Assembly (NCBI RefSeq): GCF_021869535.1
Contig: NW_026262712.1
Coordinates: forward strand, 62,744,001 to 62,808,000
Reading direction: 5' to 3'
Source: Mytilus californianus
Lineage: Eukaryota
Length of the DNA: 64,000 nt
Part shown: one piece after another, positions 13,131 through 27,473 of the stretch
Numbering within the stretch: position 1 is the stretch's first letter
How the letters are laid out: every line of letters begins with the position of its first letter
Position numbers and translations under genes: made by a program
Notes under the pieces: generated by a model
The model's input: the letters and a program-made list of their open reading frames with translations, nothing else
The model's database searches: none
Told to the model about the DNA's origin: nothing

Positions 13131-13938
13131 AACTGCCCATAAAACAAGACAAGAATAACTGGATCAACTCAGGCAAATGCAATTTTTAAAGAATGACTAT
13201 GAGGACCTGTATACTAGAGTCTAAATCCATGTAAGAAGAAACAAACATTTAGTATAACAGCAGCAACCACTCTCTGTCTCGTCTTGGGTTTGAACTAGGT
13301 TGCCCAAATGAAAACTTATTTCCATTTGAGGTCTAGGTGACCTGAAACTTGGTTTATCATAAGAAGGCCTAGATTATGCAAAGTAAACATGGTAAATGCT
13401 CCTGTTATGACAACCGACAAGTTATAATAGGATGACCTGCATCACACAAAAAAAACAAAAAAAACAAAAAAACAACAACAAAACAACAACAAAAAACAAA
13501 CAAGCTGCTTAACAACATCTAGGTACCCACGAAATTAAAAGCATAACATTTTAAATTAGTCCCAGTGTTCATGTTAGCTGAAGTTCAACCTGTACTATAA
13601 TTTTCATTAATAAATTTCAACCATAATTTGGAATCAACTGTAGCCTAGGAACCAGTAGGGCCAATGGTTTTTTGTAAATGAAATTGCTCGTCATAATGCT
13701 TCAAGCTTAAATTAACAAAGCTTGGCACCTAAACGTACAGCGTACGATACTCATATGCTTGAACAACTCTTAGAATCTTCCAGGATGAAGATTACAATAA
13801 ATTCTAGTATATATATTGATTAAAGCTGTTGTCGACACCTAAATACTAAAGATTTTTAACTGGTTTGGAGCAGACTGCAAGACAAGCTGTAAATAATTAC
13901 TTAATTTGTACTAGTTTTGCTAATATTACATGTACATA

Positions 13939-14110
13939 GATATAGGAAGATGTGGTATGAGTGCCAATGAGACAACTCTCCATCCAAATAACAATTTATA
14001 AAAGTAAACCATTATAGGTCAAGGTACAGCCTTTAACGCGGAGCCTTGGCTCACACCGAACAACAAACTATATAGGGCCCCAAAATTACTAGTGTAAAAC
14101 CATTCAAACC
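13939..14110 (+). repeat. Dispersed non-autonomous repeat (gatgtggtatgagtgccaatgagacaactctcc family)
   Basis: Near-identical to the reverse complement of 18030-18231 and 52725-52880. Confidence 0.85.
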
Positions 14111-16588
14111 ATACATACATGTATATATCCTCGCTTACTGCAGCTGACACAATTTACACAAAACTCTCTAATAGTCTCATTTTAAAAGTTGTTTTCAAGA
14201 TAAAACCATTTTGGCCCCTATTTTCCCTTAAATATATAAAAAAAATAAATATAAAAAATAATAAAAATTTCCCACACAGCTGAAACTGGTTGATAGGGTT
14301 TGGGCAAACAGAAATATTTGCAGTCTGTCCTAAAATAGTGATCAATAAGTATTCACTTCTATAAATTTGTCCTTTTTATTTGTGGTACTTTATTGCAATA
14401 TCTGTATTCATACAGTACATGCATATCTGATTTGGAATATTCAGATTATTATCAAGATAAATAATATTATATTAGTAAATAGTGTTCTGCATTACAAATC
14501 ATATGTTACAAATCATATGATAATATACAAAACAATAAAAGTTTCACATGTAATATATTTATATATATATAATTATAATAATAATATATAATTGTAACCT
14601 TATAATTAAGAATTGTTTCTTCTTTCTAACGAATGATGCGGCATCCCATATAAAAATAACACATTCAGGAATATTTTGTGGATTTAAGTTTAGAAACTGA
14701 GAAATAATCATTACACAAATCTACATCTTAACCATAAGATTGGAAAAAAGTTGCCTTATATCTTTATACATATGTTTGTTATTTGTTAGAATCACATGTA
14801 CACGTAGGGGTTTAACTTAAAAGTAATATACTGTTTTGGTAAATCTGACGATTTCCTGGTAAATTATCAAATGGAACATACTGATGCAGAGCTCTGGGGG
14901 TTTGCATAAATGACGTCTGATGATGATCCGATGTACAAATGTATGTGACCTAAAGGAGTTGAGTTAGTGGCGTGATGAGTCATGAATCCCGTCCAGTCTG
15001 GTGACCCATCTGTAAAAATTGTGCACGTCATTGTCTGATTGTTGTCTATGTCTCTGGTCCAATTGTTACTACCCTTGTGGTGTTCTGTAGCCAAGCAAGG
15101 TCGCACTTTTCGCTTTCTAACTGATCTTCCCAACATGTGCTACAACTCAACAAAAGGTAAATTATCCGGATAAAGAAAAGACAACGGATCGGACATATAT
15201 TTTAACAGTTAAGTTGACATATCAATTTGTATAATTTTTCTTGTAAACTTGTGTATAATAAATCTTGTTAAATTTTATTATTGATTTGTGTCTTTTGTTG
15301 GCTACAATTTAAAGGTTATTTCTTGCCGTAACAATGTTTTTATACCAAAGTTTATGACAAAAGGGATGATCTTTTCTTCTCTATTCGATTATGATGTTTC
15401 GTTTATTCCCTGTTATGAAATTTCATTATATAATTTGTACACGTTTGCAGTGAAGTCTCGGATTTCCACAGAACCTAAATTTTCATCATTAAAATTTATG
15501 TTTGATCTAAAAATTATCATTTGTTCAAAGCCATACTTTTCATTTTGCATTTTTGTTAATTTTCACTGATACAGTTCGTTTCATGTGAAAACCTATGCAA
15601 TGAGATGTTTCCCACATATACGGCGATATTTACTTTCAGACTGATTTTCTACTTTATATACCACCAATATATGATGTCAGTTTCAATGTATTTTTGTGAC
15701 ATTTAAAGTTATTTATAAGAATTGAGACTTTCTTTATCTACTTTTATTATGTGTACAAACTTTATCGAATTACATTATGTATGAATCGGTTCATGCCATA
15801 AATGTGCACACAGTCAGCCAATAAAACTACGAAAAACAAGGCATTCAATTAATATAATAATTGTTTATGTTAATGCTAAAAATTCATTAAAGGTGGTGGG
15901 TTTATAATTTAGTACGACAAACGCGCGTTTTGCTCTCCTAAGACACGTCTGCGGCTCTTGAATCAAAACAGTTGAGAATCAAATAAGAAATTGAAAAGCA
16001 GATAATACACATTTTTGGAACGTTATCGTGGAGAGAAACCAAACACGCATGTGTGTAATACTATGTAGTAAAAAAAAAACTGGACGAAAATGGTGTGATC
16101 AGTCTGTATATGTGGACTTGACCAATCAATTGGAATTTTATTATGTTTATTGGATCTCAAAAGTACAATTCATAGCAGTAACGAACAATAAGAATGCCAA
16201 AATTATATGAAATTTACACTTTGTGTTTATAGCCAGTTGAAAAACTAATTGAGTATCTATGTTAGGATCTTGAATACTAACAGAGACACTCTAAGACTTG
16301 TGTTCTCCAGAAATGTTATGTTTACAAAAATAGTAGAAGGTTTGCAATCAAAAACCATATATTTCGTTTTAAAATTGCATTCAGCTTATGTTCAACTACA
16401 CATGTCAGTTTTTCTGAATTTCTCTCGTACAACTGTTAACGGACTCGTTATGAAATATTGTAACAAACATTATTTTAGTATCGATATTAATGTCTAACTC
16501 TTTAGAACTCTTGAATACGCTCGAATGTCTCGCTTGACGTTTATGATTTCTCTAAACTGTATACTATACCACCATAAAAACTTCTTAA

Positions 16589-17278
16589 AGGGACATTAGC
16601 TGTCAAATTAATGTCACCGATTCGACTCAAAATCTAATATTTTATACTTAAACATCTATCCAAATAACAAAATATCATAAAGAAACAATTTACCATACAT
16701 GATCTAGTTAAATAATGTACAAACATTTCGTGTGTATTTTAGAATAGACGCCATCCAATTAACCATCGAATTGATCTCCGAAGAATTCCATCAGTCACAT
16801 GAACTGATGTTAACATAATTATAAATATAAATATACAGGCAAGCACGTGCAATCGTAAAATGACGATTTTTCCAGGTCTGTTTGATTTCATGTCATAGAT
16901 TAAAAAATAAGTAAATAATCGTTTTATCTGTATTTGAATGATTTTTTGTGGGCAAAATCAGTCAACGAAAGGGATCTTCCTGGTTGCTGCCTTGTTTTAC
17001 TTTTCAATGTTGACATTCTTGTCCTTTTTTTTAACTAAACATGCTTACCCCATGCGTAGCTCTTTCCAATTAAGGGTTTAATTGAAGTTCGCATGAATGA
17101 GATGAACTATTGACTTGCAAGCCATTAATACATCAGCGATATGTTTTAGCTTATTTTGACAAAATTAAACTTAACTGACTGCTAATAGCGATTTTTTTTT
17201 CACAATGACACTTAATAAATTTTTGAAACCAAATAATTATATTTTGATTATTTTGTCAACTTCGTATTTAATGTCCCC
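16589..17278 (-). mobile_element. TTAA-flanked MITE (Kolobok-like termini)
   Basis: TTAA at 16585-16588 and 17279-17282; termini agggacatta...taatgtcccc; internally homologous, in opposite orientation, to 38371-39070. Confidence 0.7.
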
Positions 17279-17973
17279 TTAAACAAAAAATTGTCTTTTC
17301 ATAAATCTGGCTGAAACTATATCTAATAAAGTCTTTACAGTTCATTTTTCAATTATATACAAATCATTAAATCATTAACATTTTGCTTGATAATATATAG
17401 GTTCGTTTTGGAGATAAAGTATCCCATGATGTGATTTGTATTCAGTTTGGGGCTAACTGTGCCCTTCTTTTTACAGATTTATCTCTTAACTTTTATTTAT
17501 AACAGTTTAGGATAAAACTACATGACGGATAGTTTTAACCATGCAGGTGTTTAAACGATATATTCTCCTCTGTTAAAAATATGCGGAAGATACCATGAGG
17601 AAATTCAAAACTCATTTGTCAAATATCAACAATTCAACACAAATGAAATTCATCAACCTAAACTCCCTCCAACTAAATTAAATATAGAGAGCAGTGTCAT
17701 TTTAGACATTGATAACAGAATTTCCAAATTCATTATATGTAAGAGGAAACAGTAGTTTACCAAAGTTCAAATTTCGTAAATCCATTTAGAATATACCAAT
17801 TGTTAAACACTAAACGGAACGATACCGGTTGCGTCAACGGGATAAGCATCTCTTTTTATGCATGCATAATCCACAATGCGAATCCACACTTAGTCAAAAT
17901 TTCACAAAAGGGAACACGATACAATCGGTAAATGTACAGATAAATGACTGTTCTGGTATCTAAAGATCTAAAC

Positions 17974-18231
17974 TAGACTTGTCAATGGTTGTCATTTGTT
18001 GGTGTGGTTCATAAGTGTTTCTCGTTTTTTATATAGATTAGACCGTTGGTTTTCCTGTTTGAATGGTTTTACACTGGTCATTTTTGGGACCCTTTATAGC
18101 TTGCTGTTCAGTGTGAGCCAAGGCTCCGTGTTGAAAGCCGTACTTTGACCTATAATGGTTTACTTTTATAAATTGTGACTTGGATGGAGAGTTGTCTCAT
18201 TGGCACCCATACCACATCTTCTTATATCTAT
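17974..18231 (-). repeat. Dispersed non-autonomous repeat (same family as 13939)
   Basis: Reverse complement of the 13939-14110 copy, ending ataccacatcttcttatatctat. Confidence 0.85.
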
Positions 18232-18604
18232 TGTCCTTCTCAACTTTTAACCTTCCTTTCATTGATGGTGATGGTCTGTTGGCTCTTTCTTGTGTAGTGT
18301 ACATTTCTCAGTTGGTTCCTATAAACGCATGTTTGCAATGACGTACCAGATTTCAATCAATATAATATTTTCTAAAACGTTTTACATCAGATATAGATAT
18401 CATAGGAAATGTATTGTGGAAGTATCATGATTCAACACACGAATTTGCTACTACAACATATGCGGAATATTTTTTTATTCTAGATTAAAAGGTTTTAGAT
18501 CCTTAGATTTTACCACCTTGGCCTTCTTACAAATCCAGTTGGTTAAATTGATTTTCAACCGATCTAAAGAATCCATATAAACTCATAATGATACAAATAA
18601 TAAC

Positions 18605-18714
18605 CTGATAATTCACTAGTCCGTAGCATGAGACTAGTTTATTCCAAGCATTGAGCGGTACCAGCTGATAATCTACTTCATCGATTAGGAGCTCCTTCAA
18701 TCTTCCAGTGCTAT
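18605..18714 (-). pseudogene. USP15: USP15/USP4/USP11-like pseudogene, exon 3 (end of DUSP domain)
   Basis: ttttgcag acceptor, phase 1. Reads DSTGRLKELLIDEVDYQLVPLNAWNKLVSCYGLVNYQ, matching USP15 [26 protein letters not shown]. Homology ends before EPIARK, so the 3' boundary is uncertain. Confidence 0.85.
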
Positions 18715-19507
18715 CTGCAAAACGACGAAACACTGTAAAATAAACTGGTGAGCCAGGAGCAATGATGCACCCGTCGTCGGCATGTTGAAACTGAGATTAG
18801 AATAAAACAGAATCTTGTGGGAAGCATCCAATCAGAAGTTAGTTTAAGGTCCTGCAGACATGATTACTGCAGGATATCCTCGTGCATATAAAAATGCCTA
18901 AAGATTAGAAGATTAAATTTCCATAATACTTGTAAAGCAAATCCCATTTTCAAAATAAAAAAGAAGCATATTTTCGTCAACAACAGTGAACCGTTTGAAG
19001 CAAACTGATCCAATCATACTTAGCTAGTGCATGACATGTGAACAATTGGGAATGAGTTTCTAAAATATTCTATATCAAATATGTTCAAAATGAACACTTT
19101 TGGAAGACCGGTAGAAAAGATACTTAAATCATCAAAACAAAGAAGGGTATATTAAATGTTAGTCATATATTTTAACATAAAATAAAAGCTTATACTATAC
19201 TTTGAGAACCTAATATAAGTCTACCAAAAATAAATTGATGCAGATGATATATTGTAAAAAGAATTTCCGCTGAATGTTGCCGAAGTGAGTTTAACACGCA
19301 AGAACAGTTTCAACTTGTACAGATTGCTACCATTTCAGTGTATAAATGATAAAAAACACTATGAGGCCGACTTATACTTACAAAGTTATTCTGTGAATAG
19401 ATATGTATTAGCTTATAAGAGAGTATTCGGCTACTATAACATATGGTTTGACTGGCAGTTTATTTACCATTGATGACTGTTGTCCTTTCGAATTTATTAA
19501 GTATCGG

Positions 19508-19899
19508 GTACACAGGGATATTTCACTCAGATGAATTTCACGTGAATTTGAATTCGTGTGAATTTCACGTTAAATTCCACCTCAAACGAGCTTATACGTG
19601 AGGTGCACCCGAAATCAGTTCATGTAAGTTTCACATGTATTCAAATAACATTTAATTTTCGAAATTTAATTTAGATCATGAAAAATACCAATTTTTTTGT
19701 TTGTAAAGTTCACGTGAAAATCATGTGAAAAATTTCACGTGAGATTCAAGTGAATTCCAATTCACGTGAAATTCACATGAAATTTTTCATGTGAGTATCA
19801 TGTATAAGCTCGTTTGAGGTGAATTTCACGTGAAAATTTTCACGTGAATTTCATGTGAGATTCATATGAAATTCACGTGAGTAAAATTTGCCTGTGTAC
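19508..19899. mobile_element. Palindromic MITE/foldback element rich in TCACGTGA
   Basis: Perfect 9-bp terminal inverted repeat gtacacagg...cctgtgtac; internal inverted segment cacctcaaacgagcttatac/gtataagctcgtttgaggtg; 7 CACGTG sites. Confidence 0.75.
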
Positions 19900-20834
19900 A
19901 TCTAATTTACAATGATTTTAATTTTTTGAATTTTGTCAAATCAATGTCCGGGTTCATTTTAAATAAGAACAACTGAATTAAGACATTTTAAGACCACATT
20001 GAGCTATTTGCATTTCCTTAATACAATTTGCTAAGTTTATGTCTAAGTTTAATGATCAGTTTATGCTTTATTGACTTAGAATAGGGTTTAACAATATTGC
20101 AGTTCTCTTTATCAATGTGACATGCATTCTTGTTTCATGGTACGATAAAATATTTTGGAAATCAGAATGCCCCTGATAGGTTTCTATATAATATTTTTGC
20201 ATACAATTACTTTGATAAAGTTACGTTTTCTATTTTTGATTCCAAAGTGCTAGTTGACCTATAAGATAAAATAAGATATTTTTATTCCAATTAAAGAGCC
20301 CATGAAGAGCAAAGTAATTTATTACACTGATTCTAATAATTGACACAATAATTTTGATAATCATATATAAGTATGAATATAATCATTTCCAATTTTTTAT
20401 ATCTTAAACCACAGCCAGACCAAAGACATAAGCATACAAGTAAAAAAAGCATAACAGTTATAAAAAGGCATAAAAGTTATGCATATATGTGTAACTTAAT
20501 AAAAGATTATCGACTGCTTTCCGCCAAAACAATGGAAATGACATACAGTTTAAGCTACTTTAATATTACAAACGTATAACAAGTTGGCGTGTTTATTTCC
20601 CTGCGATTTGATACTTCAAATGGACGCGAACACCTAATGTTAAAAATCAAGACTCATCTTCTGTACCGTTAAAATAATTACGCTCCTTTCAAAAAATTTT
20701 TGCATTAAAAATATTCGTGACGAAATTGTGTACATATTTATCCATACGTTATGATAAAATGAACTTCGTAGATGTACAAATGAAAAATAATTCTCCATAA
20801 TTATCGAATTATCGTAAATAAAGAGCATACAAAC

Positions 20835-20957
20835 CGTCTATCAATGGTAAGTTATCAATAGGTCCTGGGTGTGCTCCTTGCTGACCAACATTGAATGCAT
20901 TCCAAGGTTCGTAACCAACGTATTATCTCCATTGCTTGAACCGTATCCAAAAGATAC
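20835..20957 (-). pseudogene. USP15: USP15-like pseudogene, exon 2 (DUSP), frameshifted with a premature stop
   Basis: ataacag acceptor and GTTTGT donor. Reads (W)YLLDT[frameshift]FKQWR*YVGYEPWNAFNVGQQGAHPGPIDNLPLID. The exon is 123 nt, but the flanking phases require a length of 2 mod 3. Confidence 0.88.
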
Positions 20958-23849
20958 CTGTTATAAAAATATAGTTCATGAGAAAAGCATACATGTAAAA
21001 AACAATCAAATTGTCGAAAGTCATGCGTATACGAAGATGAGAGCAATCATCACGTTCACATCAAGTCAGCTTAAAAAGTATAATGTATTAAAAAATATCT
21101 GTTCAGTTTTCTGAACGGCAATCTGAACGGCAAATACGAGTAATGTTAGCTTGGAGAAGAGACTTGGTTGTAGACTGGTCATACCTATTGAATTGTATGC
21201 AATAAATTCTTGTTTTGATGGTTTGCTTTGGTTTGTATAGTTTCAGAAGTATACTAAATTCGCATAAAAACTTGAGAATTTTTACGGTTGACATAACAAG
21301 TATCCAGATAACAATTTAACAAATAGATTAAACTGCTTTTTATGATTCATTTTTATACACTCGAGTCAATACTAGATTTTACTACTTGTAAGCAATCCAG
21401 GCTTACAATCCTCAGGCACTAGTCTCAGTAAAAAATTATATGTATACCTTTATTTAACACAACCTTCTATAAAGTTTCTTGAAACTAATATCAATTCTTC
21501 CAATGACAAAAATAGGCGTGTGATAAACCCCGTTTTGCAAATTATTTAATGTTGATTTAGAACATAACAAGTTTCAGTGGGATAGACATCCTCTGAATCA
21601 AAATATAACGGGAGTAGCGACCGAGTGTCATTTTTCAAAAATAAGAGTTGTGCACCTTGTGTTATATTAGGTTATATATGTAAAAAAAAATCTTTTGCAT
21701 TGTTAATCATTAAAATATATATATATTTTGCACTGTTTGTTCATTGCTCCACACTCGAAATTATAAATTATAGAAACATACAGGATACAGTGTGTGTTGG
21801 AGAGGAGTTAATTATTTCATATCTAAGAAAAAACGTTCGAAAATTTCAATAATGAAGATATAATGAATATAAGCAATTACGAACATTTAAATGTATAGTG
21901 AGAAGCAAAGACTAACTTGGCATCAAGGAACTAGCCAAGTTTATTCATTCTTGATTTCAGCTAAAGGCAAAGCTGTGCAGAAAAAAAATATGTATTACAA
22001 TATACAAATTTTATTTTCCCTAAAAAGCTTTAAAGGTGCTTTGCAGTATCATAAAGTATGCCAGTTTTGTTACTTTGTTTATTTGTGGGATTCTGCGGAT
22101 TAGGTGGAGTTTTTTGTTCATTTTAAACCTTTAATTAATTTCTTATACTGTCATTACTAAAAGTTCCAGTTATATAATTACTACTAATATGACACAAGTA
22201 CAACTAAACCGGCTCGTGAACCATAATGACAGTCTGTAATGTCGGTATTGGAAATCTTTCAAATGCAGAGAATAGCGTCAAACACCTCTCAATTTTTTTA
22301 ATAAGTTAAAAATGTTAAATTTATCCATCACATTTTTTATTATCAGGCCATCGGGTCGATGTATAATTGAATATGTTATACCGGTCTATAGTGTGCAGAC
22401 CATAACTATGTTGAACTCTAGATGGTTTTGTTTTGTGTGTCATAGTGTTGCTGCTTGATTGAAATATACCCTTTTATTCATATCCATGCTTTTATTTGTC
22501 ATGAAATTTTCAACATTATTTAGAAAATCTTTGATTTTTAAAATTTCCTCTGTTCACATTTTAATGCTGATGGTTCTAAATATGAAAAAAAGTATAAAAA
22601 AAATTCTCAACTCCAAGGCAAATTCAAAGAGGGGAGGTCCATAAATTCTAACAAAATTAAACGCTTTGAAACAACGGAACAAGTGAAAAACTACTGCCAT
22701 ATTCCCGACTTGGTACAGGCATTTCCTAAGAAAACGGTTGGTTAAACCTGGTTTTATAGCTAGCTAAACCTCCCGCGTGTATGACAGTTGTTTATAGTTC
22801 CGTTATATTGACAAATTTGGGTAAGCACCCCAAACAGACATAATAGGTTAATGTGACAATAATTGGGATCCAGCAGTCAACAATGTATAAACATGTTTCA
22901 CAGACATACAACACCACTAACTAAAAAATCCAAACAAACATACAAATTAATCTAACAAAAAAGGTGTAGTAAATAGTAATAACTCATCATAGATGCCAAG
23001 ACCAAAACTTTATACGCCAGACGCCAGACTTGCGTTTCATCTACAAAAGACTCATCAGTGACGTAAATTAGACAATGACGTCACCACCAACAAAAACGTT
23101 TTTGTCGTTGATGTTACATACCGTATATAATACTAGTATAAATTTTCTCGATAAAGGGAAAATTAATTAAATAAAAACACAAGGGTAAACAAAATAGACA
23201 CACCACTATAACAACCTTATGTGTCCAAATCCACTCTAAGACATAAGCCCGGATTTACTAATATATTTCTACAAATTTATCTCAGCATGTTATCATTAAT
23301 CTGTTATAGATAAATTATGTGGTCACACTTTCTTTAGGATTCACTAATTATAACCAGATGTCAGTAAACCACAAAATGTACAAGAACTTTATCAGAAAAT
23401 GTTTTTGTATAAATCAAATATTATTCTGTTTTTTCTGTCCAGGTTTCATCGTGGTATTTTCAAGTCTTTCTGAAAAAAAATATGAAATTTGAAAAAAAAA
23501 GTTATTATTAAAAATGAAAATTAATAATACTAAGATAAAAGTATGAAAAATTTAGTTTATTTCAATATTATGGACAGCCTTCCCCCATTCATATGCAATA
23601 ATTTTGTTCATCAACTGTAGATATTTATTCCTAATATTTATTAAACTTAAAAAAACATACAATATAAAATGTATAAAATTAATGGTACCTTTAATCTAAA
23701 TTAACTTTGTATTGACTTATTAATAAATATTTTTTTCTCATTTTTGATATAAACTACATTTATTCAAACTGTTGTTAAAGTGATTTCTGAGAAAAAAAAA
23801 TAATGCTATATACGATTAGCCAAACCTTGACAAAGTATTTGATCTATAT

Positions 23850-24106
23850 CATAGGTACTTAGGGACAGGACAACTTTTAAACCCTCCCTCTTTTTTCCAA
23901 ATTATTTTATTTTGCATTAATTTAAAATATTTTCATATTTTTCTGTATTATGCAGACATAAATGTGTTAGAAATAACTTTTATTTGCTATTTGCTATCAA
24001 TTCCAACCTTTCTATCCACAGCGTGAAATTAATAGAAAACAAAACAAACGGATGTTTGCAAAAAAGGGGGAGGGCAAAAAGATTGTTCTGTCCCCAAGTA
24101 CCTATG
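23850..24106. mobile_element. Small MITE nested in the 3' region of the Academ-like element
   Basis: TIRs CATAGGTACTTAGGGACAGGACAA and reverse complement CATAGGTACTTGGGGACAGAACAA (22/24), flanked by AT on both sides. Confidence 0.7.
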
Positions 24107-24188
24107 ATCTACGCATGATGGAGCTATATTTCTAAATTCAAAATGATTTCTAAAATTCAAGAACAATGTATAATAATTAAATTTAAAC

Positions 24189-27100
24189 TTACTTTGGAGA
24201 AGATGCTTGAGGTTTTAGCTTCCATTTCTTTGGCGTTGTGGAGTCCTAGGGATTTTTCTCTTTGGCAATTTCTTTTTGGCTAAATTCATCTTCTGCAGTA
24301 GTTCATTTTCAGGGAACAAAAGTTTTCCCTTTATGTCTTTAGCAAAAGATTCAGGTCCAAAGTTGTATTCAATTTCCCCAGACTGCAATTTTAGTAGATA
24401 TCCCTCAACAAGAAACTCCGGCATTGGTTCAAATTGAAGACCTGCTGACAGGTAATACTGTATGAGACAATCTACATTTTTTGCAAGTGTTTAAACAACA
24501 CATTTAGGTGGCATCCACAGTTGAGCATTTTGCTGGACTCCTTTACTCCTCAAGGTTGGCATTTTTATAGACATCTGACGTACTTCTTCGTATGTAAGTT
24601 TTGATGCGTCATACAGCTTTGGACAGTAAAGATATTTGATGAACTCTGTATAATGATCTGCATCAAAATTTACAGAAACAACTTTCCCTTCCTTAGTATG
24701 AATGGTAACTAAACCTTCTCTGAATGTTGTCTTCCTCATAAAAAGGTCAACTGTTGAAGAATGAGAAATCTGGTAGAACTCTGGCAAAAAGTCATTCCCT
24801 CCTAAACTTAATATAATGGCATTCTTCATTCCAATAAACTTTTCTGATGTGAAATTTTCTATCATTAAAATTATTTTAGTTACGTTGTAAATGTCATAGA
24901 CCTGATTTGGTTTTCTAAGGATGACGTAAACTTCATTTTTGAATGTCCCATTTTCTGTTCCCGGCCAAAGATGTGATACTGCAAACAAATGAACTACAAC
25001 GGCATCAATATCTCCTGATAAAACAATACTAACACATGATTCTTTAGGTTTGAGACTGTTGCAATATTCCATTAGCCAGTCAATCTGTGACATCTCAGCT
25101 TCTCCTTTATTTTGACGGATACTGTCCAATAAATCATGCTCTTGATATCCACCTACTTCTTTGAATACAGCACGAACTGGTGTACAGAAACAATGGCAGG
25201 TACATTTCCTTTTTTTCACAATTACACGGTGTCATTTGCAGCTCACTGTCTATGTCCAAAGTGATGGTTTGCTTTAGTCTAACTGCGTTATGTTCTTTGC
25301 TAGATAAGTGCTTGTAATAACCTTTCCTTCTGTTGTTGATATAAGGGATGTTTTATCAACTTTTTCAGCACTAAGTACTTCTTCTGCGGTCTTAAGGTGT
25401 GATTGTTTTTGGTTTGTTTTCCTCTGAGCTTTAAAGTCATCAGGGGTGAAATTGTACTTTTCTTCACAGATCGCAAGATGCTTTAGAAGGGGAAGTTGAT
25501 GTTTAATCTTTTCTACAACATCTTTTCCAATATAATTCAGATATTCATTTCCTGTATGTGCAAAAGATGAAAATTTGATTCCTGCAAATTCTAATGTAGC
25601 ATATGTTGTAGAGCTGGCTAAAGATGGAAGAATAACTTTGCTACCTAGAATGACTGTTCCGTCACTTTCTAGCTTTCCCTTTCCATTGTCTTCGTCAAGG
25701 TGTTGTTGTTCCTGGTTGGTATAAGTTTGGATTATGATACTTAAAAGGGCCTTTTGAATGCTCTGTGATTTCTGTACTTTGGGTTTTGAGCAATCTGGCT
25801 TTACTATAGATTGACAAAGATTCATCTGTGATGATATATGATTGATTTGTTTGGACTGTTTTGCAACTTCTTTATTTCTTTTATCTTCTTTAATTTCTCT
25901 TTCTGTTTTTGCTGTCTGTTGTCTCTTTAATGGGATGTGGCGAATTGTAACTCCTTTTGATTGCTTAAGATTTTGTACCAAAGTTTTTGGACCTGTTATG
26001 TTGCTTAAATCAGGAATGTCTGTTTTGTCAAAGGCAAATAAATTATTGTTGGCAACATACTTTTTAATTAAAAATTCACCAGCTTCTTTTGAATGTTGAT
26101 CAAGAATTGATTCTGGAAGATTATCAGGTTTAGGTTCGTACATGTTATATAAATTCTTGTTTGGTATAGTTGATATTCCTCCTCGTCTTAATATCAGACC
26201 TGTAATTCGCAGAATGTATACCATATCAGTTCAATTTAAAGTTATGCCTAGTATGTCTGGTAGAGACTTTTCTTTTTCTTTATGTTCATTATCTTTTTCT
26301 GTAATACTTCTGTGAACATCATTTAAGAGTCAATCAATGACATTCGTGGTACAACCGATTCCATTGTAGCGCCGGACCTAAATGCTTTTATAACATCTTG
26401 ATGATCCATCTCTCTCTGTGCATCAAGGGCAAAATTTGTACCGGTACCTTTGTGGGGAATAGTAAACAATGCCATTTTCATATTCTTGTAGAAAGGACCA
26501 CACTTGAGATGTGCATGTAGCAGTTTAGTGCAGTAGGCTGCATATGATGATGCACCATTCAGAAAAGAAATGGTAATGATGACTTCACAGCTGCCAGCAA
26601 TAAGTGGTAACCATTCCTCCCTCCTAGTCTCTCTGACAATGCAATGGCACTTATTTCGTCATAATGTTCCATCATATCAGCATGTAAGGCAAACGTTCCA
26701 TTTCTTGATTTTCCTTTCTCCATAAACTCTTGCAATTGAAGTTCCCACTTAGATCCTACAGTATTATTAGCCAGAATATCTTTTTGAAAGGCTTCTGCTT
26801 CTTGTAAGGAAAGAGTTTGCATGAAGGAACAAATGAATGCCAAGTGAAGTGACAAAGAAAGGCGACGAATGTACTTTGTTGCTTTATCAATGTGGTCAGA
26901 GTTGATCAGTTTCTTCCAGTCTTTAACATCATCATCACGCATATATTTAAGTATATGAATGAGACCTGCATGTTGGTATGCACTGCAAAGGTTGTTTATT
27001 TTGGATTTTCTAAGAAGCAGTAAAGGGAACTCTGGCAGAAAGTTTTCGTACTGTTTGTTCTGTTCTCTAAGTTTTATCAAATTACTTCCTATTTTGTTGT

Positions 27101-27473
27101 CAGGGCAACAGAGGATCTTTTCATGATTATGAAGGTTACTTGCATGATCAGTCTTGACAAGAATGTCATCAAGTGTCTGCCTCAACTTTCCAATGTCGTC
27201 ATCCCTTCCAGTAGCTGGTGGCGGATGAAGTGTCAACATCACAGGTGGTGTAAATTGCTCAAAACCTAAAGTTCTTAGAATATGGTCCTGTTTGTCATCT
27301 TCTTCGTCATATAAAATGGGTGTGATATCAAATGAATCATCTAGTGACATGTTCTGGAAATCAGGAATGTCTGTTCTGTCGATCTCAAGGTCTGTATCAA
27401 GAGCTTCAAGTTCTATATCTATTCCATCAAAAATTTCTTCCAACTCATTCTCTCTTTCTTCTTCATCATCAAC
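24189..27473 (-). pseudogene. Academ-like transposase gene, exon 3, duplicated copy
   Basis: Paralogous to 28320-31608 and preceded by a partial exon 2 (27827-27966). Private lesions near 26570, 26325, 26230, 25215, 24491 and 24235. Confidence 0.8.

Noticed and set aside
21103-21294. Candidate for USP15 exon 1
   Set aside because: It lacks the L(K/R)KGD.W motif; the true exon 1 is at 37955-38045.
23069-23110. TAGACAATGACGTCAC as a TAG-type Academ terminus
   Set aside because: No inverted partner was found beyond the gene; the CACTCTAAG pair has both TIR identity and a TSD.
23850-24106. CATAGGTACT inverted repeats as the transposon end
   Set aside because: Both arms lie within 257 bp on the same side of the gene, so they define a nested MITE.
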